Shown: piece by piece, positions 17,911-26,530 of the stretch
How positions within the stretch are numbered: position 1 is the first letter of the stretch
Layout: the number at the start of each line of letters is the position of its first letter
Assembly (NCBI GenBank): GCA_035550055.1
Contig: DASZRO010000080.1
Span: forward strand, 8,937 to 72,936
Source: Mycobacteriales bacterium
GTDB taxonomy: Bacteria > Actinomycetota > Actinomycetes > JAFAQI01
Direction: 5' to 3'
DNA: 64,000 bases
Position numbers and translations under genes: made by a program
The notes under the pieces: model-generated
What the model saw: the letters and a program-made list of their open reading frames with translations, nothing else
Database searches by the model: none
Told to the model about the DNA's origin: nothing

Positions 17911-18307
17911 GCATCGCCCGTTCCTCGGGAGCGAAGCCGCCGCGGTCGGCGCCGACGTCTTCACCCCACAGATCTTGGTCCTTGCCGTCATCGGAAGGCG
18001 CGGTGAGCCGACCGGCCCGCTCCTCGGGATCCTCGGGATAGGGCTGGCCGTCGGCCGCACCGCTGTGCTGCGACACGTCGGGCAGCTCACGGGCGAGCCG
18101 GCCGTCGAGCGGCTCGCCGGCACGTTCTTCCTCCGCGGTCATCCCGAAGTCCTCGGCGGCGATCGGAGCGTCCCCGGGCGCCGCGAGGTCCTCTTGCGCG
18201 TCACCGGTGATCACCTTGCCGGGCAACGCGTCCGACTGGTCGGGGATGCCCTCGTCTTCGAGCGCGGAGCCCGGGTCCGGTTCGGGGTAGCCGCTCGCCG
18301 TGCTCAT
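17894..18307 (-). CDS. acidic, low-complexity protein (DUF5709-like)
   Basis: ATG at 18307 overlaps the upstream stop (TGATG). The 137-aa product is very D/E/P/G-rich and overlaps the next gene by 17 nt. Confidence 0.55.
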   Translation of the reverse strand: MSTASGYPEPDPGSALEDEGIPDQSDALPGKVITGDAQEDLAAPGDAPIAAEDFGMTAEEERAGEPLDGRLARELPDVSQHSGAADGQPYPEDPEERAGRLTAPSDDGKDQDLWGEDVGADRGGFAPEERAMHVDDS

Positions 18308-18684
18308 CACTGCACCGACCCGCCCGGGAGATCGGCCCGGCTCAGCATGCCGACGAGCTTCTCGCCGTCCACCACCGGAAGCCGCCCCACCTTGTGCTTG
18401 CGCATGGTGGCAACCGCGTCCTCGACCTCGTCGTCGGCGTTGACCGTCACCACTTCGCCGCGAACCAGGTCGATCAACCGGGTCTCCCCCGAGAGCTTCC
18501 CGGCGGCGGCCACCTCGGCGACGAGGTCGCGATCGGTCACCATGCCTCGCAGGTGGCCTTCGGAGTCGCACACCGGCACCGCGCCGTCGGTGGCGTCGGC
18601 GAGCTGGCGGGCCGCCTCGGCGACTGTCGCGTCGTCCTTCAGGTACGCCGTGCCCGGCGTCATCACCTCACGCGCGGTCGTCAC
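18307..18684 (-). CDS. CBS-pair protein, Hrp1 (Rv2626c)-like
   Basis: GTG at 18684 overlaps the upstream stop (GTGA). VTTAREVMTPGT..GMVTDRDL..VGRLPVV..LVGMLSRADL is a two-CBS-repeat pattern resembling M. tuberculosis Hrp1. Confidence 0.8.
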   Translation of the reverse strand: MTTAREVMTPGTAYLKDDATVAEAARQLADATDGAVPVCDSEGHLRGMVTDRDLVAEVAAAGKLSGETRLIDLVRGEVVTVNADDEVEDAVATMRKHKVGRLPVVDGEKLVGMLSRADLPGGSVQ

Positions 18685-19640
18685 GTAGTGCCCTTCAGCA
18701 GCGGCAGCACCTCTTCGGTGAGGAACTTGATGCCGCCTTCCTGGTCCGGACCCATCTGGGAGAGGTAGACCTCGTCGAAGCCGGCGTCGACGTACTGCTT
18801 GATCGCCGCCGCGGCGCGCTCCGGATCGGGGCCGCACGGCACCGCCTCGGCGGTCTTCTCCGGCGAACCGGCCTCGCCGAGCTGTTCGAACTCCGCCCAG
18901 GAGGGCAGGTCCTGCGCGGCCTGGCCGCCGACCGCCTCGAAGCCCCACAGCCGGTGCGCCGTCTTGGCCGCCTCCTCCTCGGAGGGGGCCCAGCAGAACT
19001 TCATGCCGCCTTGCGTGATGCCGCGACCGCCCGCCGCGCGGTACTGGTCCACCAGCTCCTTGGCGGGCTGCACGTTGATATAGCCGTCGCCGACCTTCGC
19101 CGCGAGCGCGGTCGATGCGGGGCCGAAGCCGGAGACCAGGATGTCGGGCTCCTTCTCCGGCAGCGAGAAGATGCGGGCGGCGTCGACGGTGTAGTGCTCG
19201 CCGCGGTGGGTCACGGTCTCCCCGCTCCACAGGCGGCGGATCAGGCCGATGGCCTCCTCCAGCCGCTGCAGGCGGATCGGCGCCGGCGGCCAGAGACCGC
19301 CGAGGATGTGCTCGTTGAGGCGCTCGCCCGAGCCGACGCCGAAGCTGAACCGACCTGGTGCCAACGAGGCGATGGTCGCGGTGGCCTGTGCGAGCACCGC
19401 AGGATGGATCCGGTCGGTCGGGCAGGTGACGGCGGTGGTCATCCGCAGGTCGGTGCTGGCAGCGATCGCGCCGAGCACGGACCACACGAAGCCGCTCTCG
19501 CCCTGCTCGCGAGTCCACGGGTGGTAGTGGTCGGAGATCCAGATGCGATCGAAGCCCGCGTCCTCAGCGGTCTTCGCCAGCTCCACCTGGCGCTGCGGGC
19601 TGAGCTCTTCGGACGAAAGAAAGAAGCCGAACTCTGTCAT
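18681..19640 (-). CDS. F420-dependent LLM-class oxidoreductase (G6PDH-related family)
   Basis: 319 aa beginning MTEFGFFLSSEE...DRIWISDHYHPW, typical of luciferase-like F420 oxidoreductases. Confidence 0.85.
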   Translation of the reverse strand: MTEFGFFLSSEELSPQRQVELAKTAEDAGFDRIWISDHYHPWTREQGESGFVWSVLGAIAASTDLRMTTAVTCPTDRIHPAVLAQATATIASLAPGRFSFGVGSGERLNEHILGGLWPPAPIRLQRLEEAIGLIRRLWSGETVTHRGEHYTVDAARIFSLPEKEPDILVSGFGPASTALAAKVGDGYINVQPAKELVDQYRAAGGRGITQGGMKFCWAPSEEEAAKTAHRLWGFEAVGGQAAQDLPSWAEFEQLGEAGSPEKTAEAVPCGPDPERAAAAIKQYVDAGFDEVYLSQMGPDQEGGIKFLTEEVLPLLKGTT

Positions 19641-19790
19641 GTCGTTGACCTACCCGTCACTGCGGTGAGCACTCGCCCCCCCCATCGGTGATCAGGGATG
19701 CCCGCGGTGCTCGCCGGTATTCGGCAGCGGTCGGCAAACCTCCGCCAACCAGGAGGGGACAGAAGTCGATCAAGAGGGAATGCAGCGGTT

Positions 19791-20774
19791 GTGACGGATT
19801 CATCGCAGGTACGGCGGGCACGCGTCGCCGTGGTGACGGGCGGCTCCGCGGGCGTGGGCCGGGCAACGGTTGTCGAGCTGGCACGCCACGGTTGGGACGT
19901 GGGCGTGATCGCGCGGGGTACGGCGGGGCTAGCCGGCGCCAAGACCGACGTCGAGGCGCTCGGTCGGCGCTGCCACACGGTTGCGGCCGACGTCGCGGAC
20001 CTCGACGCCCTCGAACGGGCCGCGGCCGACATCGAACAAGCACTCGGACCGATCGACCTGTGGGTGAACAACGCGTTCGTCGGCGCGCTGCGGACGTTCT
20101 GGGACACCGATCCGCAGACCTACCGGCGAATCACCGAAGTGACCTACTTCGGCCAGGTCAACGGCACGCGGGTCGCTCTCGGGCTGATGCGGCCCCGGGA
20201 CCGCGGCGTCATCGTCAACGTCAGCTCTGCCCTGGCCTATCGAGGGATCCCGCTCCAGTCGGCCTACTGCGGGGCCAAGCACGCGATCAAGGGCTTCACC
20301 GAGTCGGTGATCACCGAGCTGATGCACGAGAAGAGCAACGTCCGGGTGTGTCTTGCGACGTTGCCGGGTCTGAACACCCCGCAGTTCGACTGGAACGACA
20401 ACGCGATGCCCGGTCACCCGCAGCCGGTGGCACCGGTCTTCCAGCCCGAGGTCGCCGCCCGCGCGATCCGGTTCCTCGGCGAGCACCCGCGCCGCAGCAT
20501 GTGGATCGGGGTTTCCTCGGCGTACACCGTTCTGGGCAACCGCATCGCGCCTGCATTCCTCGACCGCTACCTCGCGCGCACCGGCTTCGACGGCCAGGTC
20601 ACCGACCACGGGCCGCGCCGCGACGTCAACGTGTTCACGCCCAGCGATGAGGACGAGGACGCCGGCGCCCATGGGATGTTCGACGAGACCGCTCATCCGA
20701 GCGACCCGTGGTCGGCGGTCTCGATGGCGGTATGGAGCCTGCTGGACCGGCTGCCCTTCCTCGGCGGGCGATGA
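19791..20774 (+). CDS. SDR family oxidoreductase
   Basis: GTG at 19791 follows AGAGGGAA. Motifs VVTGGSAGVGRA, NNAF and YCGAKHA (YxxxK). Confidence 0.8.
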   Translation: MTDSSQVRRARVAVVTGGSAGVGRATVVELARHGWDVGVIARGTAGLAGAKTDVEALGRRCHTVAADVADLDALERAAADIEQALGPIDLWVNNAFVGALRTFWDTDPQTYRRITEVTYFGQVNGTRVALGLMRPRDRGVIVNVSSALAYRGIPLQSAYCGAKHAIKGFTESVITELMHEKSNVRVCLATLPGLNTPQFDWNDNAMPGHPQPVAPVFQPEVAARAIRFLGEHPRRSMWIGVSSAYTVLGNRIAPAFLDRYLARTGFDGQVTDHGPRRDVNVFTPSDEDEDAGAHGMFDETAHPSDPWSAVSMAVWSLLDRLPFLGGR

Positions 20775-22546
20775 TGCGGGACGAGGACGGCTACGCGCCG
20801 ATCGAGTCCTACGCCGCCATCGGCGACGGGCGCACCGTGGCGTTGGTGTCGACCGACGGCCGGATCGACTGGTGGCCGGTGCCCGCGATGGACGCGGCAC
20901 CCACCTTCGCGGCCGTGCTCGACAGCGCGCAGGGCGGCTACCTGGAGCTGGCGCCGGAGATCGCGTTCGGGTCGACCCGCCGCTACGTGCCGGACACCAA
21001 CGTGCTCGAGACGACGTTCACCACCGAGCGCGGCGCGGTGCGCGTCACGGACTCGCTGCCGCTGGGCCGCTCCGGCCGGCTGGCCTGGAGCGAGCTGGTC
21101 CGGCGGGTCGATGCCCTCCACGGCGAGGTTCCCATGCGATGGACCATCGCGCCGGGCACCCAGCTCGCCGCCGTGCAGCCCTGGATCGCCGATCGCCAGG
21201 ACGCGATGATCATGCAGGTCGGTGAGGAGCAGCTCGCGCTGCGGCTCTACGACGTCGGCGAGCCGGTCTGCGACGGCCACCGAGTGTCGGCAAGCTTCAC
21301 CCCGACCGCCCAGCGGCCCGGGCTCATCGCGGTGGTGGGCGGCGCGGACGCGCCGGTGTTCCTCGCCGACCGAGACGAGCTCGAAGGGCACCTCACCATC
21401 ACCACCGACCGCTGGCGGGAGTGGGCGTCGGCGATCGACTACGACGGCCCCTGGCAGGAAGCGGTCCGGCGTTCGGCACTCGCGCTCCGCATGCTTCAGT
21501 TCGTGCCTACCGGCGCGGTGGCAGCCGCCGCGACGACCTCCCTGCCCGAGCGCCTCGGTGGCGACAAGAACTGGGACTACCGGTTCATGTGGATCCGGGA
21601 CTGCTCGTTCACCGTCGACGCGCTGCTGTCGCTTCGGCTGCACGACGAGGCACAGGCAGCCGTGCAGTGGATGCTCGGCGCGCTGCGCCGTACCTCACCG
21701 GAGCTGCACGTCTTCTACCGGCTCGACGGGTCCGCCGCCGGCAACGACGAGTCCCGCCCCGCGGTGTCGGGGTACCGCGGCAGCCAGCCGGTGCGAGTCG
21801 GCAACGGCGCCGCGCGCCAGGTGCAGCTCGGCACCTACGGCGACCTGTTCGACATGATCTGGCAGTACGTCGACGCCGGCCACTGCCTCGATCCGCGGAC
21901 GTCACAGCTGCTGTCCAGCCTCGCCGACCGCTGCTGCGACACCTGGCGCCAAGAGGACGCCGGCGTGTGGGAGCTGCCGACCTCACGGCACTACACGGTC
22001 TCGAAGATCGGTTGCTGGACCGCTCTCGACCGTGCCGTGCGCCTGTGCGAGTGCGGTCAGGTCTCCGGCGGCAACCTCTCGCGGTGGCGCAGCGAGGCCG
22101 CACTGATCAGAGCGTGGGTCGAACAGAACTGCTGGTCGGACAAACGCGGCTGCTACGTCGGGTACGCCGGCGGCGACGGGCTGGACGCGGCCACGCTGCT
22201 CATGGCGCGGTCCGGCTTCGATCGCGGCGAGCGCCTCGCGGCGACGGTGGCGGCGATCCGCAAGGAGCTCTGCGACGGCCCGCTGGTCTACCGCTACTCC
22301 GGGGTGGACGAGGAGGGCGCGTTCATCGCATGCAGCTTCTGGCTGGCGCAGTCGATGGTGTACCTCGGCGAGCTCGACGACGCCCGAGAGCTGATGGACC
22401 AGCTGGTCGCGAAGGCCAACGACGTCGGGCTCTACGCCGAGGAGATCGATCCGGACACCGGCGCGATGCTCGGCAACTTCCCGCAGGGGCTCTCGCACCT
22501 CGCCCTCATCAACGCCGCCTGCGCCTACGCTCACGCCGCCGCGTAG
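20771..22546 (+). CDS. glycoside hydrolase family 15 (glucoamylase/trehalase-like)
   Basis: ATG overlaps the SDR stop (ATGA). Motifs YAAIGDGRTVALVSTDGRIDWW, DYRFMWIRD and FPQGLSHLALINA. Confidence 0.85.
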   Translation: MMRDEDGYAPIESYAAIGDGRTVALVSTDGRIDWWPVPAMDAAPTFAAVLDSAQGGYLELAPEIAFGSTRRYVPDTNVLETTFTTERGAVRVTDSLPLGRSGRLAWSELVRRVDALHGEVPMRWTIAPGTQLAAVQPWIADRQDAMIMQVGEEQLALRLYDVGEPVCDGHRVSASFTPTAQRPGLIAVVGGADAPVFLADRDELEGHLTITTDRWREWASAIDYDGPWQEAVRRSALALRMLQFVPTGAVAAAATTSLPERLGGDKNWDYRFMWIRDCSFTVDALLSLRLHDEAQAAVQWMLGALRRTSPELHVFYRLDGSAAGNDESRPAVSGYRGSQPVRVGNGAARQVQLGTYGDLFDMIWQYVDAGHCLDPRTSQLLSSLADRCCDTWRQEDAGVWELPTSRHYTVSKIGCWTALDRAVRLCECGQVSGGNLSRWRSEAALIRAWVEQNCWSDKRGCYVGYAGGDGLDAATLLMARSGFDRGERLAATVAAIRKELCDGPLVYRYSGVDEEGAFIACSFWLAQSMVYLGELDDARELMDQLVAKANDVGLYAEEIDPDTGAMLGNFPQGLSHLALINAACAYAHAAA

Positions 22547-23256
22547 GCAGACCCGCCGATCATCTCGAGCAGCCGCTTCGCATCGCGCACGGCCGCGCCG
22601 CCGGGGTCGTTGTTGGCGTAGACGTAGCCTGCGTCGGCTGCCCTCAGCAGGGCCGCCCAGCGACTGAGGTCGGCCTCGTCGTAGTCCCAGCCGTCGCGGC
22701 CGTGGTGGAGCCGCAGATAGCGCCACGGCGCGGTTTCCCACAGCGGTCCGAGGCTTCGCCCCTCCCGATCCGCCCAGACCAGGGCCGCTCGATGACGGGT
22801 CAGGACGTCGCGCACGTCGTCGACGAACCACGACGGGTGGCGGGGCTCGACGGCCACCAGGACGTCGTCCGGGAAGCACGCCAGCGCGCCGTCGAGGCGT
22901 CCCACCTCCACCGGCAGGTCCGGCGGCAGCTGGACGAGGATCGGGCCCAGCAGACCGCGGCGGCGAAGCGGCTCGAGGACACCCAGCAGCCGTAGCACCG
23001 GTTCCTCGGGCTCGCGCAGCCGCTTGACGTGGGTCAGGAACCTGCTCGCCTTGATGCCCATCGTGAAGCCGTCGGGGACGGTGTCCGCCCAGCGCTGGAC
23101 GGTGTCCAGCTTGGGGAGCCGGTAGAAGCTCGAGTTCACCTCGACGGTGTCGAACGAGCGGACGTAGCAGGCCAGCCAGTCGCGCTGCGGCAGCTTCGGC
23201 GGGTAGAGGCCGCCACGCCAGTCTGCGTACTGCCAGCCGCTGGTACCGACCCGCAC
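22531..23256 (-). CDS. DUF72 domain-containing protein
   Basis: GTG at 23256 gives VRVGTSGWQYADW..., the canonical DUF72 N-terminus. Its 3' end overlaps GH15 by 16 nt (convergent). Confidence 0.8.
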   Translation of the reverse strand: MRVGTSGWQYADWRGGLYPPKLPQRDWLACYVRSFDTVEVNSSFYRLPKLDTVQRWADTVPDGFTMGIKASRFLTHVKRLREPEEPVLRLLGVLEPLRRRGLLGPILVQLPPDLPVEVGRLDGALACFPDDVLVAVEPRHPSWFVDDVRDVLTRHRAALVWADREGRSLGPLWETAPWRYLRLHHGRDGWDYDEADLSRWAALLRAADAGYVYANNDPGGAAVRDAKRLLEMIGGSAYAAA

Positions 23257-23342
23257 CCGTCCCACGTATGCAGCCCTACCCGGCGTACTCAGCGAGACAC
23301 CGGGAACGCATGAGTCACCCGCGTCGGCGAGAGGACGGATCA

Positions 23343-24761
23343 ATGGCGAGCTTTGCAAAAGAGGCATTGCGGGGTCGGAACCGGACCGTGTCGGGCATCG
23401 CCATCGTGGCAGCACTGGCCGGGCTGTTGTTCGGGTTCGACACCGGCGTGATCTCCGGAGCGCAGCTCTACATCACCAAGGACTTCCACGCCTCGACCGG
23501 CGCGCAGAGCTGGTTCGTCGGCGCCCTCCTGCTGGGAGCGTGCGCGGGCGCGGCCGCCGCCGGCTACCTCGCCGACCGGTTCAGCCGCAAGTTCACGATC
23601 GTCGGCGCAGGCGTGGTGTACGTCGCTGCCGCACTGTGGTCCGGGCTGGCTCAAGGCACCGGCTCATTGATCGCCGCTCGTGCCGTCCTCGGTCTGGCCG
23701 TCGGCGCCGCATCGTTCGTCGGGCCGCTCTACATCTCCGAGCACGTCCCGCCGAAGCTGCGCGGCGGAACGGTGTCATTCAACCAGTTCATGATCACGTC
23801 CGGGATCTTCATCGCCTATCTCGTCGACTACGCGTTCAAGGATGTGACCAACAGCTGGCGCTGGATGCTCGCGCTCGGCGCGCTGCCCGGGATCGCGCTC
23901 ACCATCGGCATGCTCCTGCTCCCCCACACGCCCCGCTGGCTGCTCGAGGCCGACCGCGAGGACGAGGCGCGCCGGGTGCTCGCGCGCTCACACTCGCGGC
24001 GGGGCGTCGACAAGGAGGTCGAGGAGATCCAGCACGTCCTGGCCTCGGAGCGGAAAGCCGGCCTGCGCGCACTGCTGGCGGCCGACACCCGCCCGATGTT
24101 GCTGGTAGGGCTCGGGCTGGCGTTCTTCCAGCAGGTGGTCGGCGTCAACACCGTCGTCTACTACGCACCCACGATCCTGCGCTACACCGGGCTGTCTGCG
24201 AACCAGTCGGTGACCGAGGCGCTGTCGGTGGGCATCACCAACGTCGTCTTCACCGTGGTGGCGATCGCACTGCTCGACCGGCTGGGTCGCCGGGCACTGC
24301 TGATCACGGGGACGGTCGGGCTGACCGTCGCCCTCGCCGTGCTCGGCGCCTTCTTCCAGTCGAGCACGCTGCAGAACGACGCGTCCTGGCTGGCCGTCGT
24401 GGCGCTGGTGGTCTTCATCGCGAGCTTCGCCATCGGGCTGGGACCGGTGTTCTGGCTGATGATCGCCGAGGTGTTCCCGCTTCGGGTGCGCAGCCAAGGC
24501 ATGGCGGTATGCACCATCGTGAACTGGGCGGCCAACTTCTTCGTCTCCTACTACTTCCTGACTTTGGTCGCGGACATCGGCCGACCGGCCACGTTCTGGC
24601 TGTACGCCGGCTTCGGCGTGCTGGCGACCGCCTTCTTCGCCCTGCGCGTCCCGGAGACGAAGGGACGCACCCTCGAACAGATCGAGCGCGACCTGGGCGC
24701 CGCTCCCGAGTCGTCCCGCTCGTCCTCACGCTCGCGCCGCAACGTGGCGCACGCCCGGTAG
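23343..24761 (+). CDS. MFS sugar porter family transporter
   Basis: ATG follows GAGAGGA. Motifs GLLFGFDTGVISGA, DRFSRK, PETKGRTLEQIE and about 12 TM segments. Confidence 0.85.
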   Translation: MASFAKEALRGRNRTVSGIAIVAALAGLLFGFDTGVISGAQLYITKDFHASTGAQSWFVGALLLGACAGAAAAGYLADRFSRKFTIVGAGVVYVAAALWSGLAQGTGSLIAARAVLGLAVGAASFVGPLYISEHVPPKLRGGTVSFNQFMITSGIFIAYLVDYAFKDVTNSWRWMLALGALPGIALTIGMLLLPHTPRWLLEADREDEARRVLARSHSRRGVDKEVEEIQHVLASERKAGLRALLAADTRPMLLVGLGLAFFQQVVGVNTVVYYAPTILRYTGLSANQSVTEALSVGITNVVFTVVAIALLDRLGRRALLITGTVGLTVALAVLGAFFQSSTLQNDASWLAVVALVVFIASFAIGLGPVFWLMIAEVFPLRVRSQGMAVCTIVNWAANFFVSYYFLTLVADIGRPATFWLYAGFGVLATAFFALRVPETKGRTLEQIERDLGAAPESSRSSSRSRRNVAHAR

Positions 24762-24767
24762 GAGGAC

Positions 24768-25427
24768 TCAGCGCGCGGCGAGCCGCCCGAGGGGCGAGTC
24801 GTCGAAACGACGCAGCAGGTCGGTGAGGTCGCGATAGATCTCCGCCGCGCCCGCCTCTCGGAGCACGGGCTCGGCGATGCCGCCCGTCAGCACGCACACG
24901 CACGCCATGCCCGCCTGCTCGGCCGCCGCCACGTCCCACACGGTGTCGCCGACGAAGACGGCGTCTCGCGGGTCGACGCCCGCGAGGTCGAGCGCCGCGT
25001 GGACGATGTCGGGGTCGGGCTTGGACGACTCCACATCGTCCTTCGTCGTGACGTGGTCGATCGCGTCCTCGGCATCGATCGCCTTCCGCAGATGCGCCGC
25101 GTCGCTCGCCGACGCGCTCGTCGCGAGCACCACGGTCAGGCCCCTCGCCTTCACCTGCCGCAGCAGGTCCGCGGCCGCCGGAAAGGCCCGGAGCCGATAC
25201 AGCTGCGGCCCGTAGAAGTCGCTGTGCGCCTCGACGATGCGGTCGTCGGACTTGCCGAGCACCGACTCCACCAGCCGCTGCGAGCCTTGCCCGATCAGCT
25301 GATGGCAGGTGCTCGCCGGCACCTCGTAGCCGTAGGCGTGAAACGCCTCCGCCCAGGCGACCGCGTGCAGGTAGTTGGTGTCGACGAGGGTGCCGTCGAC
25401 GTCGAAGAGGACCGCCCGGCTCGTCAC
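24768..25427 (-). CDS. HAD-superfamily hydrolase (phosphatase/phosphomutase-like)
   Basis: GTG overlaps the upstream stop (GTGA). Motif I FDVDGTLVDT, ATSAS, KPDPD and GDTVWD. Confidence 0.8.
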   Translation of the reverse strand: MTSRAVLFDVDGTLVDTNYLHAVAWAEAFHAYGYEVPASTCHQLIGQGSQRLVESVLGKSDDRIVEAHSDFYGPQLYRLRAFPAAADLLRQVKARGLTVVLATSASASDAAHLRKAIDAEDAIDHVTTKDDVESSKPDPDIVHAALDLAGVDPRDAVFVGDTVWDVAAAEQAGMACVCVLTGGIAEPVLREAGAAEIYRDLTDLLRRFDDSPLGRLAAR

Positions 25428-26530
25428 GACGCGACCCGGAAGCGCTCGGCGTCCGCGGTGCGCAACGACACCCCATGCCCCGGCGCGTCGGAGGGCCTCA
25501 GGTGGCCGTCGCGCGCGGCAGCCGCGCCGTCGAAGAGCAGCTCCTCCTCGACTCGGCAGTGGTCGTGGAAGTACTCGATGTGGCGGATGTTGGGCACCAC
25601 TCCGACGAACGCGGCATGCAGGTGCGGGGCACAGTGCGCTGACACGTCCAGGCAGTGTGCGGCGGCCACCGCCGCGGCACGCAGGAACTCGGTCACCCCG
25701 CCGCATCGAGTCGCGTCGATCTGCAGGCAGTCCACCGCCGACGCGTCGACCATCCGGGCGAAGTAGGGCAGGTCGTAGCCGTACTCGCCGGCCGCCACGT
25801 CCGCCAGTGCCGCGTTTCGCACCCGGCGCAGCCCTGCCAAGTCGTCGGAGGTCACGGGCTCCTCGAACCAGCTCACACCGAGGTCGTCGTAGCGGTGCGC
25901 CATGCGGACCGCCTGTCCGACGGAGTAGCCGCCGTTGGCATCGACGAAGAGCCCACGCTCGTCACCGATGAGACGGCGGACCAGACGCGCCCGCTCGAGG
26001 TCACGCCCCTCACGTGAGCCCCAGCTCTCCCCCACCTTGATCTTGACGGCCTCGACCCCGCATCGTTCCAGCCAGTCGGTGATCTGCCGCGTCGTCTGCT
26101 CGTCGTCGTACGTCGTGAACCCGCCGCTGCCGTAGACCTCGACCGGTTCGCCGGACCCTCCGAGCAGACGGTGCAGCGGAACGCCGAGCAACCGCGCCTG
26201 CAGGTCCCACACCGCGACGTCCACCGCGGAGATGGCGGTCCCCGCCACGCCGTCGCGGCCGACGTTGCGAACCGCGCGCGACATCGCGGCGTTGGCGCCA
26301 CGAGGGTCGAAGGCCGAACGGCCCGCCACGACCGGTCCCAGCATGTCCTCGACGACTCCGGCGGCAGCCGAACCGGCGTAGGTCCAACCGAGACCGGTCA
26401 CGCCACCGGCGGCCGCCGTGACGACCACGACGGTGGTGGCATCCCACGACAACGTGCCGTCGGCCTCGGGACTGTCGGTCGGCACCCGGTAGGCGGCCGC
26501 GTCGACCGCATCGACGGTGACGTCGGTCAT
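25424..26530 (-). CDS. enolase-superfamily enzyme (mandelate racemase / sugar-acid dehydratase-like)
   Basis: ATG overlaps the upstream stop (ATGA). Motifs KIKVG, VDANGGY and FEEP, and the length is typical for MR/MLE-family members. Confidence 0.85.
   Translation of the reverse strand: MTDVTVDAVDAAAYRVPTDSPEADGTLSWDATTVVVVTAAAGGVTGLGWTYAGSAAAGVVEDMLGPVVAGRSAFDPRGANAAMSRAVRNVGRDGVAGTAISAVDVAVWDLQARLLGVPLHRLLGGSGEPVEVYGSGGFTTYDDEQTTRQITDWLERCGVEAVKIKVGESWGSREGRDLERARLVRRLIGDERGLFVDANGGYSVGQAVRMAHRYDDLGVSWFEEPVTSDDLAGLRRVRNAALADVAAGEYGYDLPYFARMVDASAVDCLQIDATRCGGVTEFLRAAAVAAAHCLDVSAHCAPHLHAAFVGVVPNIRHIEYFHDHCRVEEELLFDGAAAARDGHLRPSDAPGHGVSLRTADAERFRVAS

Noticed and set aside
19676-19683. C8 homopolymer in the divergent LLM/SDR intergenic region as a phase-variation tract.
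   Set aside because: It is short, intergenic and not positioned between recognisable -35/-10 elements. A similar C7 run occurs at 2754-2760, and such runs are unremarkable in a GC-rich genome.
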